DNA of 64,000 nt from Octopus vulgaris (lineage: Eukaryota): contig OX597826.1 of the NCBI GenBank assembly GCA_951406725.2, forward strand, positions 6,634,001-6,698,000, read 5' to 3'. The number at the start of each line of letters is the position of its first letter. The first letter of the stretch is position 1. Below, in pieces: positions 14,111-28,964 of this stretch. The notes below the pieces were generated by a model. It was not told where the DNA came from. It made no database searches and saw nothing but the letters and a program-made list of their open reading frames with translations. Both the position numbers and the translations under genes were made by a program.

Positions 14111-15074
14111 TGTATATATATACAGAAAGAACGAGAAATAGATAGATAGATGTATTAAAACTGTAGACACATGACGGTAATCTGAAGAAGGTTTGCCTCT
14201 CATAGACCAGCCACAGACTAATGAAGAATGGTAAGTATGAAAGGGAAACCGTTGTATATAATTATTCCCAACAATACTAAAATATATGATAAAGGAATTC
14301 GCATTTCGGAATTAGATTTAATAGCAGGGGAGTCTTAAAATGAAGTAAATATATTTGTATATAAAACCTGTTTTCTTTGGAATAAATTTGCAGAATTTTA
14401 TGCATCTCCATATTATTAAAGCGGAATGCCATTTTCAAAAGCTTTTAATATCACAGTTTAAAATTACTTCTGATAAAAACTATTTGTGACTTTCAATATC
14501 ATACTTATTTCCAAGAATGTGTTGACTTTTTTTCACTGCTAAATCGTGTCCTGCTTACTTATCAGATTTGTTTAGTTTTCTAGCACATTATATATTTTAC
14601 CTGTTAGACTTTTTTGCTAATACGGTGAATCGAATATATATATATATTAATTGTTACTGTGAAACAATGAAGACTATTTAATATATAAATAGAATCTTGC
14701 ATTCTGAAATAACGGGTGCAATGAGTGGAGTGGTTGCATTTCAGGACACAAGGAAACAACCGACTGAAAAGGTATCCGGTTTCAATTCATATTGCACTAT
14801 TTAAATCAATGTGTCAGAAGGTATAAGTATATTTCACATCAACCAGTTTCTATCATTTCTTTCAATGTCACAGGTGGAATATTCTGGCTTCTATTATCTG
14901 GAATCTTTTTTATGAGTTTCTCTTTTCTCTTCTGGCATATGGCCACTTGTGCATGTTTTCCAAGAGCTATTGCCAAACTGATTTAGGAACTATTTTAACA
15001 AGATGTGACTCATATACGTGTTTGTAGCTAGCAAGCCTGCTTGCTGATATATAATTCCACGTCAATATATTATC

Positions 15075-15465
15075 GCAAAAGAAGGCATTTCGTCCGACTT
15101 TACGTGCTCAGCGGAAATTCCGCTGAGATCAAGTTCGCCTTTCATAATTTCGGAGTCAATAAAATAAATACCAGTTGATGACAAGGGTTACATTAATTGA
15201 CTTATCCCTCCACCAAAACCACTGCCCTTTTACCGAAATTTGAAGCCAATATTTTGACAGAAGGGATAGCGACGACCTGTCAAAATCGTTAGCACGCCGG
15301 GAAAAAAGATTTGCGGCATTTCGTCCGCCTTTACGTTCTGGGTTCAAATTCTGCCGCAATGGACTTTACCTTTCATACTTCCAAGGTCACTGGGGTGGTG
15401 GGTGGGTTCATGTAATCAACTAAACCCGTCATACAAAATTTGTTGGCTTGTGCCAAGATTTGAAA
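15075..15465 (+). mobile_element. Two adjacent decayed SINE family 1 copies
   Basis: ggcatttcgtccgactttacg... and gttagcacgccggg...ggcatttcgtccgcctttacgttctgggttcaaattctgccg. Confidence 0.8.
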
Positions 15466-16101
15466 TCAAAATTTTGTTACAAAGCTATATTATTTTCGTT
15501 AGCAACACGTTGCATTTATTGACGACGCACAAAAGGCGTTTGATTTCTGAAATAAAGCTTTCTTGTTTTCATGAATGACTAATTAATTACAACGGTAGAT
15601 ATATAATGGCTTTTTGGACACGAGCAGTTTTTCAATTTAAATAAGTGGAAAAGCACTTATTTCTTGAAAATAATTATTATTGGCATTAATGTAGTTCTCA
15701 TTCAAATTAGTTTATAAAATTTCCTTTAAATTATTTTCAGTAAAAATTGCGGCACTCCAAATGCCATTGAGAGGGTTAATTCTAAGTTGTTATGGTTGCT
15801 TTTAACAATACAACAGTCATCGTGATAATGATCATGGTATAAAAATATCTTAGGCTTGTTTTGTTTATAACTGCTTCATCTAGTGCAATGAAAATGAGTT
15901 AGACATTAGTAAGTGACAATATTCAACAAAATAAGATTTCTCACGTAAACGGTAAGGTGGTTGTAACAGTTAAGAATGCTAACATATTAGGAAATTGCTT
16001 GCTGTTGCGAATCTCCTAACAAATGAGTATCTCTCCATAACTATAGGTTTGTGTGTATTTCCCGGAATATGTTGTTAGTGTGAGGCTATGCGTCAATACA
16101 A

Positions 16102-16191
<90 letters not shown>

Positions 16192-16203
16192 AATATATTA
16201 TAT

Positions 16204-16244
<41 letters not shown>

Positions 16245-16423
16245 TTATACATATACATACTTATTTATACGCGTTTATGTATGCGTGTATAAGTATACAT
16301 ATACATTTCTATAGATATATGAAAATACATATGAATATGTGCAAACGTAGACGTTATCTCACAGATGTATATATATGAATAAATAATATATTATACATAT
16401 ATGTATGTATATATGAGTGTTTA

Positions 16424-16471
<48 letters not shown>

Positions 16472-16540
16472 AGTGTATGAGTATATAAAAATAGGTATGT
16501 ATACATTTATATATATATGTGTATGTATGTATGTCTTTAA

Positions 16541-16586
<46 letters not shown>

Positions 16587-17282
16587 GAGAGAGAAAGTGA
16601 AAGAAGGAGAGAGTATATGAACTTGATAATTGGAAAAGATGAAATAGGAAGTAACAAGTAAACATGAAGAATGATAGAGGATTATCAAGGGGAAATCTAT
16701 ACGGAAAAGAATTACCTCCTACATTAAATACATGTGATAGAAGAGAGAAGAGAGCGAGAGAGAGAGGCGGGAGCGTGGGGTGGGGACAGAAATTTTAATG
16801 TAGATATACTGAGATAAAGAATCAGATTAAAGGGACTTATTGAGAAAAATGAATGATATTGAAACAACGCATTAGAAGACGGCGAAACAGATGATAGGAA
16901 ACGTATATATAATAAAAATATGAACGTAATGAACACATGGATGTTGCACATTATTGTTGAATCAGTTTTAGGAATTTCCAAGCTGCCAAAAAGGAGCCAG
17001 AATGTCGAGAACATAATGGGAATTAACCAACCATACTGGAATTAATTGCAGTCAAGCTGAAAATATTCTCTCTGTATTAATCCAGCATTACATTCTTAAC
17101 CATTATATTATGCCATTAGGACTGATTTTTTTTGTTTAATATTTTTTGGCTTGTGTTTTTCGCCCTTTTTTCGCTGTGGTTGTTGTTCTTGTTGATGTTG
17201 TTGTGGCAATGGTGGTGATGGTGCCAGTGGATAATGTTGCTACATATTTATGTTATTTTCTTAAAGATTTCCTAGATATTAG

Positions 17283-17305
17283 TTCTTCTTCTTCTTCTTC
17301 TTCTT

Positions 17306-17378
<73 letters not shown>

Positions 17379-18030
17379 CTTTTCTTCTTCTTCTTCCTTC
17401 TTTTCTTCTTCTTCTTCTTCTTCTTCTTCTTCTTCTTCTTCTTCTTCTTCTTCTTTCTTCTTCTTCTTCTACCTTCTTCTTCTTCTTCTTCTTCTTCCTT
17501 CTTCTTCCTTCTTCTTCTTCTACCTTCTTCTTCTTCTTCTTCTTCTTCTTCTTCTTCTTCTTCTTCTTCTTCTTCTTCTTCTTCTTCTTCTTCTTCTTCT
17601 TCGTCTTCTTCGTCTTCTCCTTCTTCTTCTTCTTCTTCTTCTTCTTCTTCGTCTTCTTCTTATGCTGCGGCAATTTCATCGTCTTCGTTTTCTTCTTCGT
17701 TCCCTCCTCCCCCTCATCTTTCCTCTCCCATCTTCCACCTCCTTCCTTTCCGCTCCTTCTCCAAACCTGCTCCTCTTCCCTCACCACGACCCCCGCCTCT
17801 TCACCCCCATCCCCATCCTCACCCTCTTCCTCTTCTTCTTCTTCTTCTCCCATTTTCCATCTCCTTTCACTGTCCTCCTCCTCCTTCACCACCACCACCA
17901 TCGCCACCGCCGCCATCACCACCACCACCAACAACAACAACTCCTCCTCCGCCTCCTCCTAATCTTTCTCCTCATTCTTCTTCTCCTTCTTCTTCCTCTC
18001 CTCCTCCTCCTCCTCCCCCACCTCCTCCTA
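17283..18030. repeat. Long (TTC)n/(TTA)n/(CTC)n/(CAC)n trinucleotide mosaic
   Basis: Visible; produces the spurious 322-aa and 222-aa ORFs. Confidence 0.95.
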
Positions 18031-18313
18031 CCGCCGCTGCTTATACTCGGCGTGCTTCTGTTCTCCCTCATTTGTTGCTTTGTAGAACGAGGATGGAATC
18101 CCAACAAGTGGTAGAGCTTCTCAATGAGCAATCGCTATTGTTGCGGTAGTAGTGTTCGTGGTGGTGGTGGCGGCGACGGTGTTTGCTGATCTGTATTGGT
18201 TATTGTTTATTGGTGGTGGTTAATAAACTTACTTGTAATACCTTTAAATCCATTTCAAAACTGATAAGTATCGATTAAAGTGCAAATCGAATATTATTTA
18301 TTATAGCGCCATG

Positions 18314-18314
<1 letters not shown>

Positions 18315-18403
<89 letters not shown>

Positions 18404-18560
18404 CGCTGCTGCCACTGTTGCTGATGATGTTGCTACTACTACTACTACTACTACTACTACCACTACTACTAGTACTGCTTCTACTACTACTACTACAAGT
18501 ATTACTACTACTAGTAGTAGTAATGCTAGTAGGTAGACGTAGTAGCAGCAGCAGCTGTAT

Positions 18561-18594
<34 letters not shown>

Positions 18595-18724
18595 TGTGTC
18601 ATAGAAGGAGGACGAGGACAAGGAGAAGGGACAGAGCTGCTACAGTGATAGTAGTTGTGAAAGAAATAGCAGTGTTTACTGTTTTGTTAGCAATGGTGGT
18701 GGTGGTGGTGGTGGTGGTGGTGGT
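18315..18724. repeat. (CTA)n/(CTG)n/(TAG)n/(GGT)n trinucleotide mosaic
   Basis: Visible. Confidence 0.93.
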
Positions 18725-19244
18725 TTTGGTCTTAAGCGATTCGAAACCAATGAGGAAAAAAAAAGCAAAAAACAAAAAAAACGAAAAGCGTTCGAGCGTT
18801 AAATAAATGAGACAAGCGTGAATGGTGAATCCCAATAGCAAATTTGTAGAGAGGGGAAAGATCAACGCCAAAATAAAAGTCCTCAATAGCTACATGAACA
18901 GACTTTATCCCCCATCATATGTTCTGTTACTCTGTATCTCTTTTCTACTCACACTCTCTCTTTTTTTCTCTCTCTCTCTCTCTCTCTCACTCGCTACATC
19001 CCCCCGGGTATTACGACCTACAGCCACATTGTATTATTTGATCATTTCTTATGGTCAGAATCGACACACCCGGTATATAATAGAAGTTACTGTACGTTTA
19101 AAAGAGAAGGTACAATTTCCATGAGTTTGCATGAGAGTGTGTTTTGTCCTTAAGAAGGACGAGAAACTACGAATTGTTTCATCGTATAAAAGGAGATTAA
19201 TATGATTTTGTCCAGATATCACCACCAGGAAATTCGACAAGCTA

Positions 19245-19352
19245 CCCGAGCCTGTAGTAGAGGTCACATACCTAAGGTACCATGCAGTGAGACTTGAACC
19301 CAGAACCATGTGGTTGGAAAGCAAGCTTCTTACCACGCAGCCATGCCTGCAG
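19245..19352 (-). mobile_element. SINE family 2 5' (tRNA-like) head
   Basis: Minus strand GCAGGCATGGCTGCGTGGTAAGAAGCTTGCTTTCCAACCACATGGTTCTGGGTTCAAGTCTC with A- and B-box-like motifs. Confidence 0.8.
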
Positions 19353-20573
19353 CAATTGCAGCTAATCTGCCATATGTACTACAATTGGTTGAACACTCCA
19401 CTTGATAATGGACCAAGATGTAGATTAAATGCCACATGAACAAAAAGGAGGGGCGATGGACAGGGAGCCTCTCCCCAGAATGGATGTCCTGTTATATGTT
19501 TAAAAAAAGGATATTGATAATTATTATTGATGTGATCCTGCTGACCAAAAATTTAATATCAAGCATTGTGCTGCTGAAAGCATGAGAATTTGGTCCCAAT
19601 CTGATGAAATGCGAAAGGAAAACATACATGGAATATTCGCTGTTCAAGCTTATAGGAAAGTATATTTGGTGATGGTGCTACACTGCTCAGAAATCACATT
19701 TCAGCAGTCTTCCTTATGGAACAATATCAAAGAGATACGATAAAATATTTAAGATTATCGGAGACTTGCTATAAGATAAAAAATAGAGTCAAAATTTATA
19801 GGAAAATGAGACAATGATAGGAGACCTATAAATGTGTTCATGAGAATAAACATAAGCATATATAATAAAAATCGTGAAAGTTTCACGAATTCCACAACTT
19901 TGTATTATTATAATAGCAGAGCAGTATTGTGAAATATATATCAAAGAGAAATAATAATTATATATAATGCAATGCCTCAGCTCATCAAGATCTCCGTCAA
20001 CATCTCGGCTGCAATAAGAATGAAGAGACAAAAATAGTTCATGGAATGTCATGTATTACTCGAAGCTTATTAATTTACTATAACAACCACTTACTGTGCT
20101 ATAGTAGGATATATACTGACTAGTGACTAACTAACTAATGGCTTTCGGATTTGTATTCAAAAAACGTGATTCTTTATTACATAGCAAACATGGAAACTTT
20201 ATCTCTCGACAGATTCTTCTATGCAACGTGTGTGAAGGATGTGTTTGAGGCGTAATACGTTTGATATTCTGATCCTGCTTTGCGCATCAATGTCAGACAT
20301 AAATTAGCCAGTGCATAACGAAAGTGACGGAAAATTATTCAAAGACACGCAATCCATTCCTCTAGAACCTAAATAAAAATGAAAATGCACAAACGTGTAT
20401 GAACAGCCAAACATTTCCAATTCACCTAGGCACATTTTTACAGCTTTCACTCAACCCACAACACTATCTTGCCATTTAATTTTGCAGAAAACCAAAACCA
20501 AATAACAAAGATGAACGCCTAAAATTCGGGAGCCAATTAAAGACAAATAATATTCAAGCAGAAGGGATATATT

Positions 20574-20640
<67 letters not shown>

Positions 20641-20730
20641 TTGCATGAATATATTTGTATACATATATTTACATGTACATATATATACGCGTATATATAT
20701 ATGTATATACATATACATATATGTATATAC

Positions 20731-20782
<52 letters not shown>

Positions 20783-21388
20783 ATACACATATATATGTGT
20801 GTGTATGTATGTATATATGTATATATGCGTGTGTCTATATCTATCTATCTATATATATATATGTATATGTTACGTGCAATATAAACAATTCGCGTCAGGC
20901 GCAGTGTTACTCTATACATGCAATTTTCAAAGTAAAACCCAGTGGAAAAGCAATAAAAATTGATCTCTCCTCTGTAGCGTGAGATGAATGCATGGATGCA
21001 TGAACGGGTAGACAACAAGAACCAGTTAAAAATACAACACAATTTACTTCAGTTCATCTAACATCCAAGTCAGATAAATAACAGAAAACTACATAAGTGC
21101 AACATGGGGAAAACGGTTTGGCTTCGCAATTTCTCTGCAATATATGCCGACGGGCTTTTGTGGTGTATTTTAATATCTCAAACTAATGGCTGAGACATTA
21201 GAATACACAGCAAGCAATCTAGAATGCGCCAGTTCGTATCAAGTTATCAGCGTAAAGTTGTTATTGCATACATATATGCATGTATAGATACATATACATA
21301 TATGTAAGTAAGGTATATATATATGTGTGTGTGTATGTTTGCGTGTGTGTGCTTGTGTGTATATAGTATATTATACATATATATATAT

Positions 21389-21428
<40 letters not shown>

Positions 21429-21438
21429 ATATATATAT

Positions 21439-21496
<58 letters not shown>

Positions 21497-21499
<3 letters not shown>

Positions 21500-21815
21500 T
21501 CTCCCAGCATTCGGTTTCCTTGTATGTCTCCACTGTTATTTTCTTTGTTCCCAACGTTGACCCTCCATAAATCCTCAATTTTATTTTAGAATTCAAGGGA
21601 TCGACTGTCTTTGAAGACTCGTATTATCGTTTGAATGCTCGAAACGAGGAGTAGATAGACAGCCAACAATTGATAAAGGGTTTTGTTTCTGTGTTAACTT
21701 CTCATTCTTTTCTCCTAGTTTACGTATTTCACTCGTCTTTTCATGTAATTATTTTCCAGGTGTTGTATCTAACTCTAGTGTGTATGTTACTCGCCCCGTT
21801 GGTGACGTCCTTTAA
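21497..21815 (+). mobile_element. Family A repeat copy between two (TA)n tracts
   Basis: atgctcgaaacgaggagtagatagacagccaacaattgataaaggg and the end gttggtgacgtcct match 1400-1520 and 46600-46640. Confidence 0.65.
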
Positions 21816-21835
21816 TCATATATGCACATATATGC

Positions 21836-21929
<94 letters not shown>

Positions 21930-22271
21930 ACGTGTGTGTGTGTGTTCAAATATGAATTAGAAGCGACTCGGTGTATATGAACAAAATAGAACACACGCAA
22001 TATGTGTGTATTGGTTTTCGTGGCGCGGTTGCATTTTTAGGCGTAGGACTATATACTTTCAACGCATGTGGTGTTGAAACACTTGAAAGTAAGTCATAGG
22101 CCATCGAGCCAACTCATAGAAGGTCCCTTCACGGACCGGCAAAGACAGATGTTTCGTTCTTGTTGGGAATTTTCAATGCTGCGTACCGAACAAGGCCCGG
22201 TGCAAATTATTCGACGATCTAACAACATATACTTTTTGTGTTTGTGTGTTCGATTTTCATATATACATATA

Positions 22272-23270
22272 TGAGGGTGACTCAAAAATTATACGAACTC
22301 TTGTGTCTGTAATTCATATACACAATGTCAGTGGTTTAACTCTCGCCTCAATTTTAAATATATACTGTCCTTACTATTGGATGCACTTCTTCAAGCTGTA
22401 CAAATGGTTGTGCGAGAAGTAGAATAGTTTCTTCAAAGAGTCCATAAGTTCGGTTATTACATCGAAGAAGTTATTATACTGCTTGCACAACCATTTATGC
22501 ACCGCATCCTGCACATCTGCTGTAGTAAATACATAACCATGGACAGGATGTTTGAGCACTCCTGTAACTTGATGGAGAGCGAACTAGACACAGAATCCAA
22601 TATTTCAGTGGTTTCTACGATGTGGGCAGGTGTATTTGTGGGTGTACTTCCGTGCAACAATAACACGTGTTATGACCTCATCGTTTCGTGCCATTTGCTA
22701 CTTACGGTTTGTTCGCTACTATTTCATTGTAGCCTTCACTACAGATCTAAATCCCTTTTCCAGGAACTCTCCGTAAATGGGCTTTTTTGTGTCCCCAGAA
22801 CGGTTAGAATCATTTCTTCTCCAGATTGTTAAGTCTTCTTCATACGCTGGCGATTACGGGTGTTTCTATTTCATACTCGACTGTTGAACTCTGGATCAAC
22901 GTGATGGACCCATGTATCATATCGTGTGACACTTCTCTACAAATTCATCGCTGAGACAACTAAGCGAGCAGTAGCTGTTCCTCATATGATTGCTCTTACG
23001 CGCCTCTGTAAGCTCTCTTGCCATTTATCTCGGCCATTTTGGAAGCGATGCTTGTCATGAATAATTTCGTATGCAGAACCATGATTAATCTGCATAGAAC
23101 ATGCCACTTCATCGAGGACATTCACCTGTTTACTAGAATCATCTCTCGAGCTTGAATTTTCACGATAGTCGTAGTGTGTTAATGAGAATCTTGCTTCCTC
23201 TTCGGGTTTCACCTTTCCCGGACATTTTTAAAATTCTCGATCCACTCATACACACTTCAACCCGTTAGAG
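22272..23270 (-). pseudogene. Decayed mariner (DD34D-type) transposase and one terminal repeat
   Basis: Minus-strand fragments: LDEVACSMQINHGSAYEIIHD (HTH), VTRYDTWVHHVDPE (TGDETW motif), LLLHGSTPTNTPAHIVET (LHDNARPH), FTTADVQDAVHKWL; TATGAGGG end at 22270. Confidence 0.85.
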
Positions 23271-23994
23271 GTATGTCGCCGTGTTTGACTGAAAAGCTGC
23301 GATGGTTATTTGCCCTTGACATACATTGAGAACAGTGGCGAAGGGTGACTAGCAAACGAGGGCATGCATTTCACCCCACCACCACACTGAGGGTGGGAGT
23401 GATTTCCGAGTATTCCACCCTCCCTCGTTTTCCGTGAAAAGTGTAGTATTTTATGCTTTGAGATATGGGGTGTCTGAAAATGAATATATTTACCCCTACC
23501 CCAACACTGCGATGCACCCTTTTAAAGTAGTTAGCAAGAAAAAAGAATCATACATACAAACATAACCAAAATATGCAAAGGCATCCCGTAGTTAGTACGC
23601 CAAAAAAATTGGGACATCCCTTTAATAAAAGCGGCGTCAAATTTGATTAGCACGTTGCAATGAGTGTTTGTTTTTTCCCCAAAAAAACCTTTGAATTATT
23701 AGCCGCACCTCCCCTTCAGTTCCACACTAATATTTCACGTATGAGGTCGTGTACCACAACCACTACTACTTAACTGGTATATTCAAAATAAATCGACAAA
23801 ACTCATTGAAATTCTACCAAACGTCCTGCAGTTGTCTGACTTTTGTCTTTTTCATGACTTTATTCATAAGACCTGGACTAAGTTTTTATTTTTTACAAAA
23901 ATCATTATCGGGTAAAGTGCGCTTTTCGCCAATTAATCACCACTAAAAAACTTTGCAACGGAAACACTCCCACTTCTAACATCGTAGCCATATT

Positions 23995-24200
23995 AAAGCG
24001 GTGAGCTGGCAATGTTCTTAACAAGTCGGCCGAGTTGCTTGGCGGTATTTCGCCTACATTTACGCTCTGGGTTCAAATTCCACCGGGATCGACTTTGCCT
24101 TTCATCCATTCGTAGTCGATAAATTAAGTAGCAGTCAAGCACTGGAGTCGATGTTATCGACTGGACCCATGCCCCCAAAATGTCAGCCCTTGTGGCTGCA
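23995..24200 (+). mobile_element. SINE family 1 copy
   Basis: gcggtgagctggc...gggttcaaattccacc...gactttgcctttcatcc...gtcgataaattaagta. Confidence 0.85.
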
Positions 24201-24998
24201 TTACAGAGGAACATCGTAGACACATTGAACCATGCCTATTTTTCAAGAACATTTTATATAGAAACAAAATTAGAAAAACAAATTCCTGAAAATGCTGCTT
24301 TTTTTCTTTTCAGTGGAGTCTAACACGACAAAACTGAATAAAGAAAAAAAAGCAGCAGTCAGATCATTCTAATTTATTCTTTTGCATTTTATAATTATAA
24401 CTGTTTCTAAGAGAAAACTCCAGTCCAAGAATTGTGAGGTTTTGTTTACTGCTTCTTTGATTCTTTTATATTATTTTAAGTCTGACTGTAATAAAAATAA
24501 AATATACAAGTTAAAGTAAATTTTAATCGGTTTTTCGATTAAAAAAACTATAGGTGCTTCTTTAAAGAATTTTATTTAATTGTGTCATATATTTTTTTCA
24601 TACTGTTGGCTATAAGTGAAAAACATTTATCAGCGCACAGATATATAATTTAAGAAAATTGGTAGAGTTATCGTCAAATTTTCCATGTCGAGGAAACTGG
24701 ACAATTTTGGAAAGAAAAAATTCATCAAGATCTTTTCGGGCAAGAAAAAAGGGCGACTACACCAGGTCATAAAATAATAGGTTAATACTTCTCAGAATTA
24801 ATGCCAAAGATGAAGGCAAATTGAAACCGATGATAATTTTTCGTACAATGAACCGAAGAGCATTAAAAGGCAGTTACATGCAATCCCCTTCAGTAATTTG
24901 GAAACCGAATAAAAGGACATAGGGGACAAAGCATTCGTTTGAAGAACGGTTCAATATGCATTGTCGCTCCACATTTGAAAAATATTGCAAAACGAGGA

Positions 24999-25030
<32 letters not shown>

Positions 25031-25049
25031 CTTAAGTTTCATAGTTGGG

Positions 25050-25690
25050 CATCCCACCTCACTTAATGATTCAAATAGCAATGTGAATAGCTGATCAGCG
25101 GAGAGGCAGTTTGAAACTGAGGACTGACACATGTTTGATGTGAATCTTCGCAGAGTACAACCAACAGCTATGGGGCGGACGTCACCATTGGGTTTCGTGA
25201 GACCAAATAGTTTTACCCCAAAGAACAGGGGACGAATGTAGGAAATAGAACTCGGACAAGAACAATTTTATGAACTGCATTATGTCTCCAAGAGCTCAAG
25301 ACCAGCACCACCGGCTGAGACGGCTGTAAGCCATCAATATCAGAGCCAGAACCCTCTGGAAATGATGCAATCGTCTTCCTGACATTGTCAGAGGTAAAAT
25401 TAGGTTGTAGAAATCTTGATGGGTCGGGGCAGTGTAGGGCCGGAGGAGCAACAGGATGTTTCTCCTTGATTCGATTGAGAAAAATTGTGATACATTGGGC
25501 AAGGGAGGACAGAGAGTGGAGGAAGCGAACAGCCCCTTTAAAATCAATTTCGCTGTATTTCGCATTAACGCCCTCCCTTAAGTTATAAAGTCGGCCCTTG
25601 TTCGCGTGTTCGATGAACAGTGTTAGGGGTTGGCGGCAAATTCGGTTTAAAATGTGTCAGCACCACGCTCTACCTTCTTCTTCAAAAGGT
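25050..25690 (-). pseudogene. CRE-clade non-LTR retrotransposon RT fragment
   Basis: Minus translation IRPLFFGVKLFGLTKPNGDVRPIAVGCTLRR, with upstream FPEGSGSDIDGLQP resembling the SAGGPDGLRP region of CRE-like RTs. Confidence 0.7.
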
Positions 25691-25928
25691 CTTTATTCAT
25701 GAAAATGAAATCTAAATTATTGAATCTCTCTTTTACTTTGGGTACACCTCATATAACTATTTACTCGCTTTAATGAAGAAAGCTATGTACTATAGGAAGC
25801 AGCTTTTGTAGGCATAATATTGTTACTCCGGTCAGAGCTTGATTTAGATCAAACTTCCGTATTATATCTGCAACTTATTGAATGTTTGACACATACTTTG
25901 CAAAATTGGTTGTATGTATGTATGTGTA

Positions 25929-26024
<96 letters not shown>

Positions 26025-27132
26025 TGTGTGTACGTATATATTCAAATCCGTTACGTGTCATGTTATTAGTCTCCACAGCGTTATCTTTTCAGGTGAATTC
26101 CGCTTTATTATAATTATTTATTCATTTATATTTTTGAGATGTATGATACCGCATCTTCCATACTTGATACCTCTGCAATAAAATGAAAGACAATATTGCT
26201 CTGTATGCAAATTACTGTTTAGCTGGTTTTCGCTGAAATGGTTGTTCCACAGTCACGTTTTAAACTTTCCAAATGCTAAACGCCATGTTTCTTTTTCGGT
26301 CGAGTCGAGTTCTTCACTTTGGAATATTTGCGGATATCTCCTCCTGCACTAGCGTCAGCCAGAGAGGAAAGAACGTCATTGCAAGCACGCACCCCACTGT
26401 AAAACACTGACTTAACCCGAAACTTGTGTTCAACTGCGAAACTCGAAATTGGTAATAATGGACAAAGAAACGATTGTAGGAGCATTTATATACGAGCAGC
26501 CAAACGTTGAATTTCTGTGAGAAAATAAGCACAATGCCCATCGATATTCTTCAAATCCTGAAACTATAGTGAGGGCAAGGTGGCTTCCAATTTCAAGCTA
26601 AGGGTAATGAAGCAAGTTTTTTGCATAGATCATCTGGTTATTATCAACGGGAAAAAATCACCTTGCTAAATTCCACATTTGTTCCAATCTCAGTTTAAAA
26701 TTACGGAGGAACATTTCAATTTTTTCCTCTCCTGTTTGATAACAATAACATGAGCGATTGTTTAAGAAGTAAGCTTCACGTTAACAAATATTTGGTTTTA
26801 TTCTCCTGTATACTAGAGAAACAATATGCCTTGCACAACACAACGACCCACGAATAGTAGATCAAACTGTGTCGAAAGATAATGCAAAGAAGCCTATAAA
26901 ATAGATTTTACCTGTAATTTAAACATTGAGATGTAAAACGTTGATTTCCATTGGAATACCTGGAAAGAAGAAAACGTTAATACGTCTCTTTGGAAAGATC
27001 AGCTCATTCAGTGACCAAGTAATTCAGTAGAACAAGTAACTTGAAACTCATCCTCGAAACCAATGAAACCATATAACTACTACATATATATGTACGTTGT
27101 ATGACGCTATATATTTAGTCAATTCTATATAG

Positions 27133-27230
<98 letters not shown>

Positions 27231-27243
27231 GTCTGTCTGTCTA
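27133..27243. repeat. (CTAT)n microsatellite
   Basis: Visible. Confidence 0.97.
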
Positions 27244-27364
27244 TACAGATATACACACATTTTTGGATGACCGTTCACAGCAGTCTCTTTCTTCGATCTT
27301 AGGATTGTCCACTAATCTCCCTTTTCACCAAGCACTATATATATATATATATATATCTTCTTTA

Positions 27365-27500
27365 TTCTTTTATAGGTTTCAGTCATTTGGTGTGGTCATG
27401 TGGTCATGCTGGAGCAAAGCGTTTAATCGGAGAAATTTACCCTAGGACTTATTCTTTGTAAGCATAGTACTTATTCTATCGGTCTCTTTTGCCGAACTAC
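27365..27500 (-). mobile_element. SINE family 2 3' part
   Basis: cttattctttgtaagcatagtacttattctatcggtctcttttgccgaac is the reverse complement of 13987-14035. Confidence 0.75.
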
Positions 27501-27609
27501 ATTTTATACATATATAAGAGTGTGTATGTGTGTGTGTGTATCTGGCGAAGAGAGCGATCTTATTGCATTCACAAATAAGTACCCTATGTGTATATATATA
27601 TATGTATGC

Positions 27610-27672
<63 letters not shown>

Positions 27673-27967
27673 CCTATCAATCTATACGTATATATATATG
27701 CATATATACATACCCATACGCACACATGTGTCTGTGTGTATGTGTGTATAAACGATGTTTCAATTACATATTTACAAATTATATACACTTCCGTGCCCAT
27801 ATACTTTTGAGTCTATATCTATGTGTGCGTGTTTGTGTGTATGTGTGTGTGTTTGTTTGTAAACGTGTACAAATAATCTGGAATAAAGGAAACAGTTCGT
27901 TTACTTGCAATTATGCGTGTGACAAGATTAAATATTTATCGTGTATGTTTTTAAATATATATATATA

Positions 27968-28027
<60 letters not shown>

Positions 28028-28530
28028 CATACATACATACATACATACATACATACATACATACATACATACATACATACATACAGAGATGTAAATAGAT
28101 AGATAGATTGATAAAATATCTGAATAGCAACATTTTGTGTGAGAAAATCACATGATGTTTATTATTAATTATTTTTTATACTTTCTTCTTATTTTTCTAA
28201 TTTACGGCAACCTTGAAATATAAATATATTTTTAAATTATTAAATACATATTTTATATTTAACAGTTAGGAAAACATATCGAAATATATTAGGAAATGAT
28301 TTCTACATTCAGTTGATTGTTTTCTTGCTCTGTAATAAATTAGATATGTTTCATTATTATTTTGAGGGATCCTTTGACGCTGAATCTATTTGCTTTGAGT
28401 AAATGAATTTCTTTGACATATGTAAAGTAATTTCAGGGATGGTTTGAAGAAGTATTATGCTGTTAGTAAAACTTAATGTATGTATATGAGCATACACACA
28501 CAGGCACATATACACGCACAGACACACACT

Positions 28531-28576
<46 letters not shown>

Positions 28577-28898
28577 CTGATAAGACACAACAAATATAGA
28601 TTATGGGCGTACTCACACTAAAGGATGTAAGCACATCGACATATACAATGAAACATTTAGACATACAGACATACATAAATAGATAGATAGATAGATAGAT
28701 AGATAGAGGAGAGAGAGAGAGATAAGAGACACACATATAGACCCATGTAAATGTGAAATAGTTGCATATTTAATTATACATCCATGTACTTATATATATA
28801 TATATATATATATATACATGTGCCTTTATACACACATATATATGCATATATACATATATACGTATATGTATATGTATATATATACATATATATATATA

Positions 28899-28964
<66 letters not shown>

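Noticed and set aside
14180-14260. CTGAAGAAGG and CTAATGAAG...GAAACCG hammerhead-like words (also ~51540-51575)
   Set aside because: Stems cannot be completed; too decayed to call
17146-18114. Longest ORF (322 aa) and the many poly-I/Y/V/L/R and YIYI ORFs
   Set aside because: Translations of stop-free simple repeats; no domain content or splice structure
19290-19352. tRNA gene (also the head at 4810-4892)
   Set aside because: A/B boxes continue into SINE bodies; no cloverleaf or terminator
19380-19780. Possible decayed LINE RT (RRGDGQGASP resembling GVRQGxxLSP)
   Set aside because: Similarity too weak to support as a feature by eye
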